This document shows positions 22,983 through 36,952 of a stretch of 64,000 nt of DNA, piece after piece; position 1 is the stretch's first letter; each line of letters starts with the position of its first letter. The notes below the pieces were generated by a model. It did no database searches and was not told the origin of the DNA. It was given only the letters and a program-made list of their open reading frames with translations. The stretch lies in assembly GCA_052426225.1 (NCBI GenBank), contig JBNJNM010000013.1, forward strand, positions 1,860,001 to 1,924,000, read 5' to 3'. The stretch is from Zancudomyces culisetae HAW-14-8 (taxonomy: Eukaryota; Fungi; Kickxellomycota). The position numbers and the translations under genes were made by a program.

Positions 22983-25900
22983 ATGATTAAACATGTTTTG
23001 GGGGCGTTGATGGTCACATCACTATGTTTAGCAAGAAGTAATGTAAATGTACACAATGATGGCTCCGCATATAACCAGCCTAAATGGCCCAGCGACTTTG
23101 CTGACCTATATGATCTCGATGATCGCGATATGGCTAGTAGTGATTCTACGAAATACACACTCAAAGCGCCGAAATTCGAAAGTTCAAAAGGTATAACAAT
23201 ACGAAACGGAAAATTTTTCCGGAGGGATATTTTTAAAAGCAAGCTTCAGAGTACCAACAAAAAAATTAAAAAATATAATGTAGTAAAAAACAATGTTAAT
23301 GTTAGAAACTACGAGCAAAAGTGTACTGGTATGGATTGCAAAATAAACTTTAGATTGAACTTACAAAACAGTGGAGGTAAGTTTACTGACCTTTCGACGG
23401 CTATGATTATGACACAAGCATATGGCACAACTACGGTACCTATTAGAAAAAAGGTTTCGAGTAATGACAGCAAAAAAACTTTAGCAGAGTCTGTGACTCC
23501 CGTAATAGCTAATAGAAATACTAGCAGTAAACCCCTAAACACAAATGTAATTAGAAAGTGCCGGAAGCTAAAAAAGATTGATGTGCATATTTCATGTAAC
23601 ATACGAGATACCTTGGTATGCTCCAATATTACACCAACAGCAGATACTGGTAGCCAAAATACATCGATATGTTCTTCAACAGAGAAAAGCAAAAAACCAA
23701 CATGTACTACTAGTATTACAGTTACTCGTACCACAACTACAACCACCTCAACTACTAATTTAAACAAAACAACACATACATGTACAAAAACTATGGAGAA
23801 AACCACATCTACCACTACAGTTACAAGTAAATGTCCTAGCTGGCTAACTTCAATAACCAGACCAACTAGACCAACTAGACCAACTAGACCAACTAGACCA
23901 ACAAGACCAACCAGACCAACCAGGCCAACAAGACCAACAAGACCAACTAGACCAACAAGACCAACCAGACCAACCAGGCCAACAAGACCAACAAGACCAA
24001 CAAGACCAACAAGACCAACAAGACCAACTAGACCAACAGGGCCAACAGGACCAACAGGACCAACAGTCTCGCCTTCTTCAACAACCAGAACCAGACCAAC
24101 CAGGCCAACAAGACCAACAAGACCAACAAGACCAACAAGACCAACAAGACCAACTAGACCAACTAGACCAACAAGACCAACTAGACCAACTAGACCAACT
24201 AGACCAACCAGACCAACCAGACCAACCAGACCAACAGGACCAACAGGGCCAACAGGGCCAACAGTCTCTCCTTCTTCAACAACCAGAACCAGACCAACCA
24301 GGCCAACCAGGCCAACCAGGCCAACCAGACCAACAGGACCAACAGGACCAACAGGACCAACTAGACCAACTAGACCAACTAGACCAACTAGACCAACTAG
24401 ACCAACAGGACCAACAGGACCAACAGTCTCGCCTTCTTCAACAACCAGAACCAGACCAACAAGACCAACCAGACCAACAGGACCAACAGGACCAACAGGA
24501 CCAACCAGACCAACCAGACCAACCAGACCAACCAGACCAACAAGACCAACAAGACCAACAAGACCAACTAGACCAACAAGACCAACTAGACCAACAAGAC
24601 CAACAAGAACAACTAGACCAACTAGACCAACTAGACCAACTAGACCAACTAGACCAACTAGACCAACTAGACCAACTAGACCAACAGGACCAACAGGACC
24701 AACAGGGCCAACAGTCTCGCCTTCTTCAACAACCAGAACCAGACCAACAAGACCAACCAGACCAACTAGACCAACAGGACCAACAGGACCAACAGGACCA
24801 ACAGGACCAACAGGGCCAACAGTCTCGCCTTCTTCAACAACCAGAACCAGACCAACTAGACCAACTAGACCAACTAGACCAACCAGACCAACCAGACCAA
24901 CCAGACCAACCAGGCCAACAAGACCAACAAGACCAACAAGACCAACAAGACCAACAAGACCAACTAGACCAACTAGACCAACTAGACCAACTAGACCAAC
25001 TAGACCAACAGGACCAACTAGACCAACAAGACCAACAAGACCAACTAGACCAACAAGACCAACAGGGCCAACAGTCTCGCCTTCTTCAACAACCAGAACC
25101 AGACCAACAAGACCAACCAGACCAACAGGACCAACAGGACCAACCAGACCAACAGGACCAACCAGACCAACCAGACCAACAGGACCAACAGGACCAACAG
25201 TCTCGCCTTCTTCAACAACCAGAACCAGACCAACTAGACCAACTAGACCAACTAGACCAACCAGGCCAACAAGACCAACAAGACCAACAAGACCAACAAG
25301 ACCAACTAGACCAACAAGACCAACTAGACCAACAAGACCAACAAGACCAACTAGGCCAACTAGACCAACTAGACCAACTAGACCAACTAGACCAACTAGA
25401 CCAACTAGACCAACTAGACCAACAGGACCAACAGGACCAACAGGGCCAACAGTCTCGCCTTCTTCAACAACCAGAACCAGACCAACAAGACCAACCAGAC
25501 CAACTAGACCAACAGGACCAACAGGGCCAACAGTCTCGCCTTCTTCAACAACCAGAACCAGACCAACTAGACCAACTAGACCAACTAGACCAACTAGACC
25601 AACTAGACCAACTAGACCAACAAGACCAACAGGGCCAACAGGACCAACAGGACCAACAGGGCCAACAGTCTCGCCTTCTTCAACAACCAGAACCAGACCA
25701 ACAAGACCAACCAGACCAACAGGACCAACAGGACCAACAGGGCCAACAGTCTCGCCTTCTTCAACAACCAGAACCAGACCAACTAGACCAACTAGACCAA
25801 CTAGACCAACCAGACCAACCAGACCAACCAGACCAACCAGGCCAACAAGACCAACAAGACCAACAAGACCAACAAGACCAACAAGACCAACAAGACCAAC

Positions 25901-27935
25901 AAGACCAACTAGACCAACTAGACCAACTAGACCAACAGGACCAACAGGACCAACAGGACCAACAGGGCCAACAGTCTCGCCTTCTTCAACAACCAGAACC
26001 AGACCAACTAGACCAACTAGACCAACTAGACCAACTAGACCAACTAGACCAACTAGACCAACTAGACCAACAGGACCAACAGGACCAACAGGGCCAACAG
26101 TCTCGCCTTCTTCAACAACCAGAACCAGACCAACAAGACCAACCAGACCAACAGGACCAACAGGACCAACAGGGCCAACAGTCTCGCCTTCTTCAACAAC
26201 CAGAACCAGACCAACAAGACCAACCAGACCAACAGGACCAACAGGACCAACAGGGCCAACAGTCTCGCCTTCTTCAACAACCAGAACCAGACCAACAAGA
26301 CCAACCAGACCAACAGGACCAACAGGACCAACCAGACCAACAGGACCAACAGGACCAACCAGACCAACCAGACCAACAGGACCAACAGGACCAACAGGGC
26401 CAACAGTCTCGCCTTCTTCAACAACCAGAACCAGACCAACAAGACCAACCAGACCAACAGGACCAACAGGACCAACCAGACCAACAGGACCAACAGGACC
26501 AACCAGACCAACCAGACCAACAGGACCAACAGGACCAACAGGACCAACAGGACCAACAGTCTCGCCTTCTTCAACAACCAGAACCAGACCAACCAGGCCA
26601 ACAAGACCAACAAGACCAACAAGACCAACAAGACCAACAAGACCAACAAGACCAACTAGACCAACTAGACCAACAAGACCAACCAGACCAACCAGACCAA
26701 CCAGACCAACAGGACCAACAGGACCAACAGGGCCAACAGTCTCGCCTTCTTCAACAACCAGAACCAGACCAACTAGACCAACTAGACCAACTAGACCAAC
26801 AAGACCAACAGGGCCAACAGGACCAACAGGACCAACAGTCTCGCCTTCTTCAACAACCAGAACCAGACCAACAAGACCAACAAGACCAACTAGACCAACA
26901 AGACCAACAAGACCAACCAGACCAACCAGACCAACCAGACCAACAGGACCAACAGGACCAACAGGGCCAACAGTCTCTCCTTCTTCAACAACCAGAACCA
27001 GACCAACCAGGCCAACCAGGCCAACCAGACCAACAGGACCAACAGGACCAACTAGACCAACAGGACCAACTAGACCAACAGGACCAACAGTCTCGCCTTC
27101 TTCAACCAGAACAAGACCAACCATTCCAACAGAGCCAACAGAATCACCTTGTTCATCATCCAGAACAAGACCAACTAGACCAACTAGACCAACAGTCTCA
27201 CCTTCTTCAACAACCAGAACAGGATCAACCATTCCAACAGGGCCAACAGAATTACCTTGTTCATCGTCCAAAACAAGACCAACCATTCCAACAGGGCCAA
27301 CAGAATCACCTTGTTCATCATCCAAAACAAGACCAACTAGACCACCTTGTTCAACATCAAAAACAAGAACAAGAACAAAATCTTCTTCGAAAACCAGAAC
27401 AAGGCCAACAAGACCACACATAAGTAACACTTCAACTGCGCCAACAATTCCATGTATTTCCTCATCAACTAGAACAAGCACACCATGTGGAGGAAAAACA
27501 AGCATTTCGATTCCTTCCACACTATCTTGCGAAAGAACACCGGCCTTTACATCGCAATATACATTCGTTACTGTAATCAAACATCCCAAGCCATGCGAAA
27601 GTCACAAAAATAGCATGTCTGCCACCACTGATCTTCGCGACATATCATTAACTACCATGCCTACTCAAACATCAGAGAATTTCATTAGCTACACAAGGGT
27701 AGTCGATATTGATACATCAAGAGGAAATAATAAAGACTCGGGTTACATTGAAGTTCCAACGGAATACGATTCAGGTAGTTATTATAGCAGGTTTACCAGT
27801 AACACGACTACACAGGCAACTGCTACCCATGTACAACAAACAAGTAGTGTTAAATACTTTTGTAAATGTAACTGCAAGTGTTACAAATGTGCTGATAAAC
27901 CGACTTCTGTTAGTAACTGCTCAACTCAAAAATAG
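22983..27935 (+). CDS. Secreted 1650-aa protein with a giant (RPT)n/(GPT)m repeat array and Cys-containing termini
   Basis: Signal peptide [17 protein letters not shown]; uninterrupted 4.95-kb ORF; variation within the repeat is mostly synonymous (act/acc/aca, aga/agg, gga/ggg), supporting this frame. Confidence 0.9.
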   Translation: MIKHVLGALMVTSLCLARSNVNVHNDGSAYNQPKWPSDFADLYDLDDRDMASSDSTKYTLKAPKFESSKGITIRNGKFFRRDIFKSKLQSTNKKIKKYNVVKNNVNVRNYEQKCTGMDCKINFRLNLQNSGGKFTDLSTAMIMTQAYGTTTVPIRKKVSSNDSKKTLAESVTPVIANRNTSSKPLNTNVIRKCRKLKKIDVHISCNIRDTLVCSNITPTADTGSQNTSICSSTEKSKKPTCTTSITVTRTTTTTTSTTNLNKTTHTCTKTMEKTTSTTTVTSKCPSWLTSITRPTRPTRPTRPTRPTRPTRPTRPTRPTRPTRPTRPTRPTRPTRPTRPTRPTRPTRPTRPTGPTGPTGPTVSPSSTTRTRPTRPTRPTRPTRPTRPTRPTRPTRPTRPTRPTRPTRPTRPTRPTRPTGPTGPTGPTVSPSSTTRTRPTRPTRPTRPTRPTGPTGPTGPTRPTRPTRPTRPTRPTGPTGPTVSPSSTTRTRPTRPTRPTGPTGPTGPTRPTRPTRPTRPTRPTRPTRPTRPTRPTRPTRPTRTTRPTRPTRPTRPTRPTRPTRPTRPTGPTGPTGPTVSPSSTTRTRPTRPTRPTRPTGPTGPTGPTGPTGPTVSPSSTTRTRPTRPTRPTRPTRPTRPTRPTRPTRPTRPTRPTRPTRPTRPTRPTRPTRPTRPTGPTRPTRPTRPTRPTRPTGPTVSPSSTTRTRPTRPTRPTGPTGPTRPTGPTRPTRPTGPTGPTVSPSSTTRTRPTRPTRPTRPTRPTRPTRPTRPTRPTRPTRPTRPTRPTRPTRPTRPTRPTRPTRPTRPTRPTRPTGPTGPTGPTVSPSSTTRTRPTRPTRPTRPTGPTGPTVSPSSTTRTRPTRPTRPTRPTRPTRPTRPTRPTGPTGPTGPTGPTVSPSSTTRTRPTRPTRPTGPTGPTGPTVSPSSTTRTRPTRPTRPTRPTRPTRPTRPTRPTRPTRPTRPTRPTRPTRPTRPTRPTRPTRPTGPTGPTGPTGPTVSPSSTTRTRPTRPTRPTRPTRPTRPTRPTRPTGPTGPTGPTVSPSSTTRTRPTRPTRPTGPTGPTGPTVSPSSTTRTRPTRPTRPTGPTGPTGPTVSPSSTTRTRPTRPTRPTGPTGPTRPTGPTGPTRPTRPTGPTGPTGPTVSPSSTTRTRPTRPTRPTGPTGPTRPTGPTGPTRPTRPTGPTGPTGPTGPTVSPSSTTRTRPTRPTRPTRPTRPTRPTRPTRPTRPTRPTRPTRPTRPTRPTGPTGPTGPTVSPSSTTRTRPTRPTRPTRPTRPTGPTGPTGPTVSPSSTTRTRPTRPTRPTRPTRPTRPTRPTRPTRPTGPTGPTGPTVSPSSTTRTRPTRPTRPTRPTGPTGPTRPTGPTRPTGPTVSPSSTRTRPTIPTEPTESPCSSSRTRPTRPTRPTVSPSSTTRTGSTIPTGPTELPCSSSKTRPTIPTGPTESPCSSSKTRPTRPPCSTSKTRTRTKSSSKTRTRPTRPHISNTSTAPTIPCISSSTRTSTPCGGKTSISIPSTLSCERTPAFTSQYTFVTVIKHPKPCESHKNSMSATTDLRDISLTTMPTQTSENFISYTRVVDIDTSRGNNKDSGYIEVPTEYDSGSYYSRFTSNTTTQATATHVQQTSSVKYFCKCNCKCYKCADKPTSVSNCSTQK
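23856..27420 (+). repeat. Hierarchical minisatellite: 9-bp units (agaccaacH / ggRccaaca) punctuated ~22 times by a 27-bp VSPSSTTRT spacer; degenerate after ~27110
   Basis: Directly visible. Confidence 0.97.
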
Positions 27936-28690
27936 TATCTGTGATTATCATTAACTTTAATTTAACCAAAACAATCAACCTTCATTACAATATTTTACAT
28001 GTTTAATCAAACTAAAGCCTCTAAATGTGACATATATAATTAGAATACACTTTTAATGCCTATGCGCAGTCTTCTCTTTTTTGATAAGATGCAACCTAAG
28101 ATTTAAATGGTCGTTGCAGCCATATTTGGTATACTAAAATCAAATAATCGCAAGGGCATATACTAGTTTTACGTTTATACGATTTAAATAAATTATTTTA
28201 AAAGATATATATGCAGAAAAAATGCAACTAAGCATCCACTCAAGCCTAAGCATCCCAACCCCCAATCTAGAACACACCCCCTCTCTCTTTATTATAGTTC
28301 TATTCAAACTGAGATTGGCTATGACAAGGCAATCATGGCTGTTTTTTACATATAACTATCATTTTAAAAATCTTACTAATTCCGCTGACGGTCCAGGATT
28401 CCAGAGCACCATGACTTTTCATTTATCTTTGCTTTTAGTGAAATCATCTTGGATGGTGAAAAATAAGAAAGTATTTATTTTATGGGATTTAGCGCATAGG
28501 GGCAGGACAGAGCCACCAATGGCTATTTCTCAAATTTTAAATCATGTGCAAAAAATTTTTTGACTTTTTTTTTATTTTTGTCCAAAATCATAAATATGGT
28601 GGGATATCAAAATATCAGGGCTGTAAAGACATATATAAATTAAGCAATACCAATAGACCATTTGCCGGTAAAAGCGGTTAAATTAGAAAA

Positions 28691-29995
28691 ATGAGTTCGA
28701 GGTACTCGAAAGGAATTTTTTTGGCACCAATGGTTCGGATTGGCACTCTGCCAATGCGATTGCTTACACTAGAATACGGAGCAGGTACGTTACCAGCCAA
28801 CAATATTAACAGCATTTGATAGTTTGTAGGATTTTGCTTAAGCTTTTCACGCCTGTTTTAGAAGACATATTTTGAATATTTGGTTTTATAAGTTTTGGAG
28901 ATAAATGGCGTGATTGGATAACATGTAGTGCAAAATATACCCCAATATACATAGATTTGGTTTGGTCACCAGAGACAGTTGATGTGAGTTTGATAGGGGC
29001 GACAAGAGTGGAAGGTAACTATTGTGGATTTCTAGGAAAGGGGAGGATGTAAAGTGGTACCTCCTGTGGCTAGCACATCTTCAAGTCATTAGCCATTTTT
29101 GTTGGTAATGAAGAATATTCTTTATTTTGGCTATACTGATACATACTTGAAATTGAAAAACTGTGTCTATATAGGTGAAGATGGAGTGGTTTTGTTTGTT
29201 AAGAACTCTAGAGTAATGTTTTCATGTCATACTAGCGAAAAATCCAAGTTGATCTTGCAATTGGGGAGTAGTGATGCCGAAACGGCAGTACAAGCGGTGA
29301 AGGTGGTAGAAAATGATATTTCTGGGATTGATTTGAACTGTGGATGTCCAAAGAGGTTCTCGATGATTGGCGGAATGGGTGCTTCGTTGTTGCGACCAGA
29401 AAATCAACACAAGCTGTTGTCGATACTACAGAGTCTGCGTGAGGCATATCCACACATCCCAGTAAGTTGCAAGATTCGGTTGTTGGATAGTACCGAAAAT
29501 ACAATTGAACTTTTGAACAAAATAATTGGCCTGCCGGTTCAGATTGCAGCGATTACTATTCATTGTCGGACTGTAGCTATGCGCAGCCGGAGTAAAGCGC
29601 TGTGGGAAGAGTTTACGAAAATTGTGGAACATTTCAAAGCTAACAAGCATGAAAACATGCCAAGTATAATTATTAATGGGGATGTACGAAGTTTTCAGGA
29701 CATTGACCAAATTAGGACATCGACGGGGGTTGGGGGTTTGATGGTGGGTCGAGGGATCTACAACAATATGAATATATTCACGTATTATAACAAACATATT
29801 GATGAGAAGCCAGACCGGTTTGAAGTAGCTAAAAAATATCTTGAATACGCAGTCCGGGTTGACAACATCTTTCAAAATACAAAATATACAGTGCTTCAGG
29901 TTTGTATTTCGGGTAGTAATGATAGAGAGAGAAGAATAATTGCAAAGCTGACTAAAGCAAAGACCAACGCAGATCTACAGGATGCATTTGACTAA
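28691..29995 (+). CDS. DUS2: tRNA-dihydrouridine(20) synthase Dus2/Smm1 (exons 28691-28784, 28955-29014, 29175-29995)
   Basis: Spliced N-terminus [32 protein letters not shown] is the Dus2 signature; also GIDLNCGCPKRFS, GGMGASLL, SCKIR, TIHCRT, INGD. Confidence 0.93.
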
Positions 29996-30334
29996 AGTCT
30001 GTGGAGTTAGGTAGGGAAAGAGCGCTAAGTGTGATTGATGGTATTGTGGAGGCATGTGTGGGAAAGTGGTGTGCTGGCTTTGGCGACCCTGTTGTTATGA
30101 GAAGAAAGTTGGTGATGAGTGGTGATGGTATTACTGGGGAAATATATTGAAACACCATTTCTTCCGTTTGAGCTTTTTTAGAGATGCTTTTATTTTATTT
30201 GTTTTTGTATATAAAAAGTTATAATTCATCAACATTTACCATTATTTAAGTTTAAAAGGGGTGCGACAGGATATTGTAAATAAATAGATTTTGAATAAAG
30301 ACTTTAACGAAACAAAGGAGCGTCATCAGTCGGA

Positions 30335-30353
30335 GGGGGGGGGGGGGGGGGGG
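30335..30353 (+). repeat. Poly-G tract (19 G)
   Basis: Homopolymer run. Confidence 0.9.
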
Positions 30354-32998
30354 CACTATGAATAGTATTAATACAGATGAAAATAAAAATGAAAATGAAA
30401 ATGATGGGCAAGAGGTTGTATTATACGTACATGTGATTCGTTTTGATGAGTTTTGTGAAATATGAGTATTGTGTTTTCACTTTTCTATGTCGAACATTGT
30501 ATGTATTTGAAAAGAGATTGGATTTTTAGATAAAGAATGGCAGTACGATTATTATTGTGACCAAAGTGTAACGAAAATGAGATATTGAGACTAGGTTCTT
30601 GCGATTTCTTTTTCATCTCTTCTTTTGTTTTCATTAATAATTTGGTAGACTTGTCAATAATGAGTCTAAACTCGGCAATAAATAAACACATGAATAAAAG
30701 CCTGATAAAAAAGTTGTATGATGTGTGTGTGTTGTAGAGGTGACGACGGAGATCATATATCCCGTACACTTATAAAAACTTGTAATACAAAGAAATCAAA
30801 ACCAGTAGAACAAGATGTGAATGAAAAACAAAGCAAAACAAAGCAAAAAAGGATAAGTGCACAATCACCTTTGCTTTTAGATGCTGTCTTGTAATATGTG
30901 GTGTGTGAACAATGAAGAGTATAAGAAGGGTTGTCCATGCTAGAATAGGGCAATAAAGTATGGAGAAAAGAAGTAGAACATTAGGGATAGATATGAGAAT
31001 GAGAATGGTGCTTAAGAGTTTACAACTATAGTTCTTTTTCTTATAGTGTAGATTAGTTGGTAGTTTTGCGAGGGGATAAGAAGGGGATATCAAGCAAGAA
31101 GAAGGAGGTTTTGGCCATATATCTGGTGAAATCGATTGATCAACAAGAAAGGAATTCGTTATATCAAGGGTAGTCAGGTCAAGTAAAAGGGGAGCGGGGG
31201 TGTGTGGCGGGTTTGGAGAGATAAAAATAAGAACGAGATTTTAAATTCGGAGTTTACGATTTGAAATTCCATAATTCTCTAATGATCAAATTAAAAAAGC
31301 ATTATAAAAGTGTTGAAATCCCTCCTTTTTGGCTTTTTTTTGCTGGGATTTTCAATTGTTGAAATCTTTTTATCTTTTTCACACAAATAGTTGTAATGGA
31401 GAATAAAGGAATGAAAGTATAAAGTAAAAGAAATCCTACTCTCATTACCCATTACCCATTAATCCATACCACCACCACTACCAATTTCTTGGACATCCGT
31501 TTACTTTAGTTTAATGGTTATTGGAAGAGAAAAAAGTTGGATAAAAATGGTCGAGTATATTAATTCTATTCCAGATTATAAAATTTGAGAATTAAAGCAT
31601 ATCCGTTTTTTTTTTGCATAACATATTATTTGATTTGCTTAATATGAAAAAAAGTTGGAGGAACAGGGGGCTAGGTTCCAAATCCATTTGCTGAAGTAAA
31701 AAAAAGAGAAGGCAAAAAATTGAAGAAAAAAAGATGAAACAATTCTTACAAGGGAGTAAAGGTAAAAAGGTAGGTTGGTGGTTTCCAAGTTTTGGTATAA
31801 AAAAAGGATTTACTACCAGAAAAAAGAAAAGGGGAAAATAAGGGGCGGGGGGATAATCTAGGTCGGGTTGGTAAGAAAGAAGAATAAACTGAAAAATTAG
31901 TTTTTTTTTTTCCTTTTATTTGTTTTTGCATGAAAAAAAAATAAAGTGATAAACGAGAATAAAGGTTGTAAAGCTTGTCTTTGGAGATTAAAAAAAATTT
32001 TATGGATCTGTTAATAAAGGCATAATCAAAAAAAAAAGGAATTGTAATAATAATTAGCAAAAGTAAATAAATAAATAAATGGTAAATTACAAGGTATTTA
32101 TGGTAATAATTAGAGGAAAAAATGATACGAGATATATATGGTAAACATGTAATATAAAAGTATCAGGAGACACAAAGGAAATGGATATGAGGGAGGAAGT
32201 GCGTGCGGATATTAACGGATTAAAAGATTATATCTGTGAACAATAGTGGGGTGGGGGGGTTTTTTTTTATATGATAATTTCCATGTGTTTTATATAGTTT
32301 GGAATTTTTAGTTATTTGTAATAACGAAAACAAACATTAAAAATGATTTGTAAAAAAAAAAATTTTTTTATAGATAAAAAAACTATAGAGATCTCTTAGT
32401 TTTAACTGTAATTTTATATCATTTGAAACTGTTTGGAATAATAAAAAAACAAGGGAAAAAATAAGAATTAATGAATAAATAAATAAATAAATAAATGAAA
32501 ACTAATAAAATATATGGAAAAAAAAAGTATACAGGAACTAAAAATAAAAAAGTTTGATTGTTAATAGCTGTAGCTATTTTTTTTTTAATATTTTGATAAA
32601 GGAACAACTATAAAAATTAAAGAGACAAAGGTAATTTTTGCAGTCCAGCTTTTAATACTATTTTATCTTTTACATCTTTGTGAGGTTTTTTCTTCTTCCT
32701 TGTACAATAATAGTATATTAAATACTAGTAAACGAGGGGTGAGGAGAAAAGAAAGAAAAAAAAAGAGGCAGAGAGAAAGAGAAAGAGAAAGAGAAAGAGA
32801 AGGGATATCCTATTATAGTAATAAAGTATAGCGATAAAATAATGACAAGACGATAAAATTTGGAATACAGGGACCAAACAAAAGAGCATTTAGAAAGTTG
32901 CAAAAAAAAAAGAATAAATAAATTCGAATTGTCTTTGTGGAAAAGCAAGAAATAAGAATAAAGGAAATTAAACAAGACGATTAAGAAGAAAAAGGCAA

Positions 32999-35900
32999 AT
33001 GTTTGGGATAATAACAAGAATATCGACGAAAAGGCCGATCGAGACAATAACGGTGGGGCTTGTGGCGGTGGTGTTTATGGTGTTTGCGTTGTGGACGGCG
33101 ATCCGAGACGACGAGTTGTTCCAGAAACCAAATATGGAGATACCGAAGCATCGGCTCCGGTACTCGCTAGAAGGGGAGAAAAAGATGGAGTATAAGGGAG
33201 AAGAGGTATGGAACAGAGAGGAGGATAAAAGAGACGAGAAGAATAAGATGCGAGGACAAGTAGAAGTGTTTTTGGTGGCTGTTAGAGAGTTGGGGGCGTT
33301 TAGTCGTGCGGGAGTATTGCAGGTGGAGCAAGTTAGGAGAGTCCGGAAACTGGATGAGAAGATCCGAGGGGTTTTGGAGCAAGAGGGGAAATATGGGTTT
33401 GAGGAAGTGTGTGGACGGGAAGAGAAGGGAGGAGAGTGTTTGACGCTGAAGGCAGTTAAGGAGAGCGAGGTGTTGGCAAGAGATATGGGGGTGCGAGGGG
33501 TAGTAGAGCAAGGAGGAGAGTATTTGCTGCAGGATGTGCGGAATAATGCGCGGGGAGAGATAAGTGGTGCGCAAGGGATGTTGCTTGGATATGTAGTAAA
33601 CACGACAACGGTGGAGCAGGAGCAGCGAGGACGAAGGTGGTGGCAGAGTGTGGTTGAGCAGGTGGAAGAGGTGCAAGGGCAGTGGGAGAGAGAAGAGGGA
33701 GGACTAGGGGAAAGTAGGGAGGTTGGACGAGCAGGGTTTCCATGGGTAGCAGTTGTGGGACAGAATATATTGTGGAGGATTGAGGAATTGGTGGGACGAG
33801 CACGGGGGAGTGAGATAACGATGGTGGTGATTAGTTATGCGGTGGTGGTGGCAATGTTGGTGCAGTTATGTACGACGATGCGGAAATACGGATCACGGAT
33901 GTGGTTATCGATAGTAGTTGTATTACAACATACGTTTGGAGTAGTAGTGACATTGGGGATAGTGAAGTATATAGGGTTGCGGGTAGAGAGTGTGATGTTG
34001 ATAGAGTCACTTCCATTTTTGATAATAGTGAATGGGTTTGATAAACAGATAGCATTGGTGCGAGGGGTAATGTTGGCAGCGATGCAAGATACAGGTGCAG
34101 TAGGAGGGGAGAACAACAAGTCAAAAGCGATAGTACAGGCGCAGGTGGAACGAGGAGTGGAGAATTCACGGAATCAGCTGATAAGAGACTATGGGTTTGA
34201 GGTAGCGGGGCTTTTGGGTGTATCGATGAGTGGGGTGGCAGGGTTAAGTCATTTTGCGATGTTTTCGATGATATATTTATTATTAGACATGATAATGACG
34301 TTTACGATATTTACAAGTACGCTTACATTGAAACAGCAACTTGTAGAGGCACGAAAGGTTCAAAAGCAAATGAAGAAGATGCCGCAAATAAATGGAAGTG
34401 GAAATGAAAATTCAAGTATTAGTACAGAGGCAGAGACAGAGACAGAGACAGAGACAGAAACGGTGACAGTACAAACGTTATTGAATGATGCATCGAAGCA
34501 AGACGCGCAGTTAGTATCGAGGCTTAAAGTGTTTGTATTGGCAGGATTTTTGTTGTTGAATTTATTGGAGCTTAAATTACCATTCCAAATGCAATACGAA
34601 CCAACAGAGGCAGCTAGAGAGATGGTGGTAGCGGCGGTAAAGGTGCAATCAACAGGGGATATGCGACTTGATGTATTGGTTCGGCCATTGGTGGAGAGAG
34701 TGTTGGGAGCATCAAGGGCACAGAGTATAGTAGTAGGAATTCCAATACAATATTTTGTTAATGGAATGGGAATAGGAATGGGAGGAGGAGGGAAAAGTAT
34801 TGGAGTAGGAGTTGGAGTTGGAGTTGGAGGAGGACAGACAGCGTTACTAGTTACATTGGGATTGTTAATGATATCTATTGGATTTAATTTGAGTTGGTTA
34901 TTTTCAGGAGTTGGAGATATAGTCAACAAATATTATACAACAAGTCAATTAACAGATCATATAACATCATTAATGAGAGAAAGTAATAATGGAGTTAGTA
35001 ATAATCATAGTCGAACAAATAGTAACAGCAGTAATACTAACAATAATGGTAATAATAATAATAATAATGGGGGAGAAGGAGGAGGAAGAGGAGAGAAAAA
35101 GGAAGCAACTCCATTAGTAAGTTTATATTCAGTTCCTAATCCTCAACCATACATTTCAACAAAAAAACAGCAACAATTAAAAGAACAACAACAGTTGAAA
35201 GAACAAAAAGAAGAGCAAGAAAGAAGACAGCTAAGTGAAGAAACAACACGTGATCCAGCAGTCTGTTTGGCTCTGCTAAACAAGAGCGGCCCACAATCAA
35301 TCAGCGACACCGAAGCGATGGTGTTGGTGCAAAAGGCGATGCTGCCGGGGTACATGCTAGAGGCCAAGCTCAAGGACAGTATGCGAGCAGTAAAGATTCG
35401 GCGGATGGTTACAGCACACAGTGTGCGCCACAAAAACAAGAGCGGAGGAGCCGAGTCGATGGCATCGCATTTGCCGTATCAGCACTACGACTATTCAAAG
35501 GTAATTGGTCAGTGCTGCGAGAACGTAATTGGCTACATGCCCATTCCTGTGGGCATTGCAGGCCCACTGACGATTGACGACGAGTCGCTGCACATTCCAA
35601 TGGCAACGACCGAAGGTGCTCTGGTAGCTTCGACATCGCGTGGCTGCAAAGCCATCTCGTTGGGATCTGGCGCCACCACTGTCCTGGTGAACGATGGCAT
35701 GACTCGCGGGCCGTGTGTGGAGCTGCCGTCGTTGCGCATAGCCGCCGACCTAAAGGCGTGGCTGGACTCGCCGCTTGGTTTTGCGGCTGTCAAGTCGGCC
35801 TTTGAGAGCACGTCGCGGTTTGCCAAGCTGTTGTCGCTGAAGACTGCGCTGGCTGGCCGGCTGTGCTATATCCGTTTCAAGACATTTACGGCTGATGCAA

Positions 35901-36952
35901 TGGGAATGAACATGATTTCCAAGGGGTGTGAGCACGCCCTCTCCCTTATTGTCGACACTTTTCCCGACGCCTGTGTTGTCAGTGTCAGTGGAAACTACTG
36001 TACCGACAAAAAGCCTGCTGCCATAAACTGGATCGATGGCCGTGGCAAGTCTGTAGTTGCCGAAGCTGTCATTCCTGCCTCCATTGTTTCCTCCGTTCTC
36101 AAAACCTCTACTGATGCCCTGGTTGCCCTAAACACCAAAAAGAACCTTATTGGCTCTGCCATGGCTGGTTCCCTTGGTGGCTTTAATGCCCATGCCGCCA
36201 ACATCCTTACTGCCATCTACCTAGCCACCGGCCAAGACCCCGCCCAAAACGTTGAATCCTCCATGTGTATCACCCTCATGGAATCCACCGGCCCAAACAA
36301 CGACGACCTGCGGATCTCTTGCTCCATGCCTTGTATTGAAGTTGGCACCATTGGTGGCGGCACCTCTCTTGCTCCGCAAGCTGCCTGTCTCGATCTACTT
36401 GGTTGTCGTGGCCCTCATCCTTCTTCCCCTGGAAAGAATTCCCAGCGTTTGGCTCGTATTATTGTTGCTTGTGTTATGGCTGGCGAGCTTTCTTTATGCA
36501 GTGCTCTTGCTGCTGGCCATCTTGTCAAGTCTCATATTTCTTTAAACCGTAAAAAGAAACAACCTGGTACTCCTCTCAATACTCCTACTGCCAGTCCTAC
36601 TCTTCGTCCTCATAATACATCTATCTCCACCTCTGCCTCTACCTTACCTCCTCATCCTACCTCTCCTTCTTCTTCCAACCCTGCTTCTTCCGATCCTGCT
36701 TCTTCCTTACCTTCTAATTTACCTCTTCTTCCAGAGTCAATTGATTCAAATGCAAAGCGTCTTAATGATAACAATATTATTGCTAGACCTGCTGCTCTTC
36801 AAGTTGCTCTTGAAAACTTGATTATGGAATCCTCTGCCTCTATTTCCACCTCTCCCGATCCTAATTCTAATCCTAATCCCAATTCTAATTCTACTCTGAA
36901 ATCAAAATCAAATTCACGCCGTAGATCTGTATCACATGCTCCTACCAATTGA
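32999..36952 (+). CDS. HMG1: HMG-CoA reductase, class I, with sterol-sensing membrane domain
   Basis: [70 protein letters not shown]; N-terminal RPIETI and transmembrane region with ESLPFLII. Confidence 0.98.
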   Translation: MFGIITRISTKRPIETITVGLVAVVFMVFALWTAIRDDELFQKPNMEIPKHRLRYSLEGEKKMEYKGEEVWNREEDKRDEKNKMRGQVEVFLVAVRELGAFSRAGVLQVEQVRRVRKLDEKIRGVLEQEGKYGFEEVCGREEKGGECLTLKAVKESEVLARDMGVRGVVEQGGEYLLQDVRNNARGEISGAQGMLLGYVVNTTTVEQEQRGRRWWQSVVEQVEEVQGQWEREEGGLGESREVGRAGFPWVAVVGQNILWRIEELVGRARGSEITMVVISYAVVVAMLVQLCTTMRKYGSRMWLSIVVVLQHTFGVVVTLGIVKYIGLRVESVMLIESLPFLIIVNGFDKQIALVRGVMLAAMQDTGAVGGENNKSKAIVQAQVERGVENSRNQLIRDYGFEVAGLLGVSMSGVAGLSHFAMFSMIYLLLDMIMTFTIFTSTLTLKQQLVEARKVQKQMKKMPQINGSGNENSSISTEAETETETETETVTVQTLLNDASKQDAQLVSRLKVFVLAGFLLLNLLELKLPFQMQYEPTEAAREMVVAAVKVQSTGDMRLDVLVRPLVERVLGASRAQSIVVGIPIQYFVNGMGIGMGGGGKSIGVGVGVGVGGGQTALLVTLGLLMISIGFNLSWLFSGVGDIVNKYYTTSQLTDHITSLMRESNNGVSNNHSRTNSNSSNTNNNGNNNNNNGGEGGGRGEKKEATPLVSLYSVPNPQPYISTKKQQQLKEQQQLKEQKEEQERRQLSEETTRDPAVCLALLNKSGPQSISDTEAMVLVQKAMLPGYMLEAKLKDSMRAVKIRRMVTAHSVRHKNKSGGAESMASHLPYQHYDYSKVIGQCCENVIGYMPIPVGIAGPLTIDDESLHIPMATTEGALVASTSRGCKAISLGSGATTVLVNDGMTRGPCVELPSLRIAADLKAWLDSPLGFAAVKSAFESTSRFAKLLSLKTALAGRLCYIRFKTFTADAMGMNMISKGCEHALSLIVDTFPDACVVSVSGNYCTDKKPAAINWIDGRGKSVVAEAVIPASIVSSVLKTSTDALVALNTKKNLIGSAMAGSLGGFNAHAANILTAIYLATGQDPAQNVESSMCITLMESTGPNNDDLRISCSMPCIEVGTIGGGTSLAPQAACLDLLGCRGPHPSSPGKNSQRLARIIVACVMAGELSLCSALAAGHLVKSHISLNRKKKQPGTPLNTPTASPTLRPHNTSISTSASTLPPHPTSPSSSNPASSDPASSLPSNLPLLPESIDSNAKRLNDNNIIARPAALQVALENLIMESSASISTSPDPNSNPNPNSNSTLKSKSNSRRRSVSHAPTN

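Noticed and set aside
24066-27110. Regularly recurring 27-bp unit resembling a CRISPR repeat
   Set aside because: The intervening DNA is itself 9-bp repeat rather than unique spacers; it is in-frame coding, with no cas genes and a eukaryotic context
23856-27110. Collagen triple helix from Gly-Pro-Thr
   Set aside because: Gly-X-Y runs are at most four triplets; most triplets begin with Arg
23309-27589. 1426-aa antisense ORF of (VGL/VGP)n
   Set aside because: Shadow of the repeat. The plus-strand ORF has the signal peptide, extends further both ways and carries the unique terminal domains.
30485-32968. Many short Phe/Leu/Ile-rich ORFs here and in 42.8-47.5 kb and 54.7-56.5 kb
   Set aside because: Products of poly-T/poly-A low-complexity intergenic DNA with no motifs
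17939-36952. Isoprenoid gene cluster (PAP2 phosphatase plus HMGR)
   Set aside because: 14 kb apart with unrelated genes between; no prenyltransferase or terpene synthase
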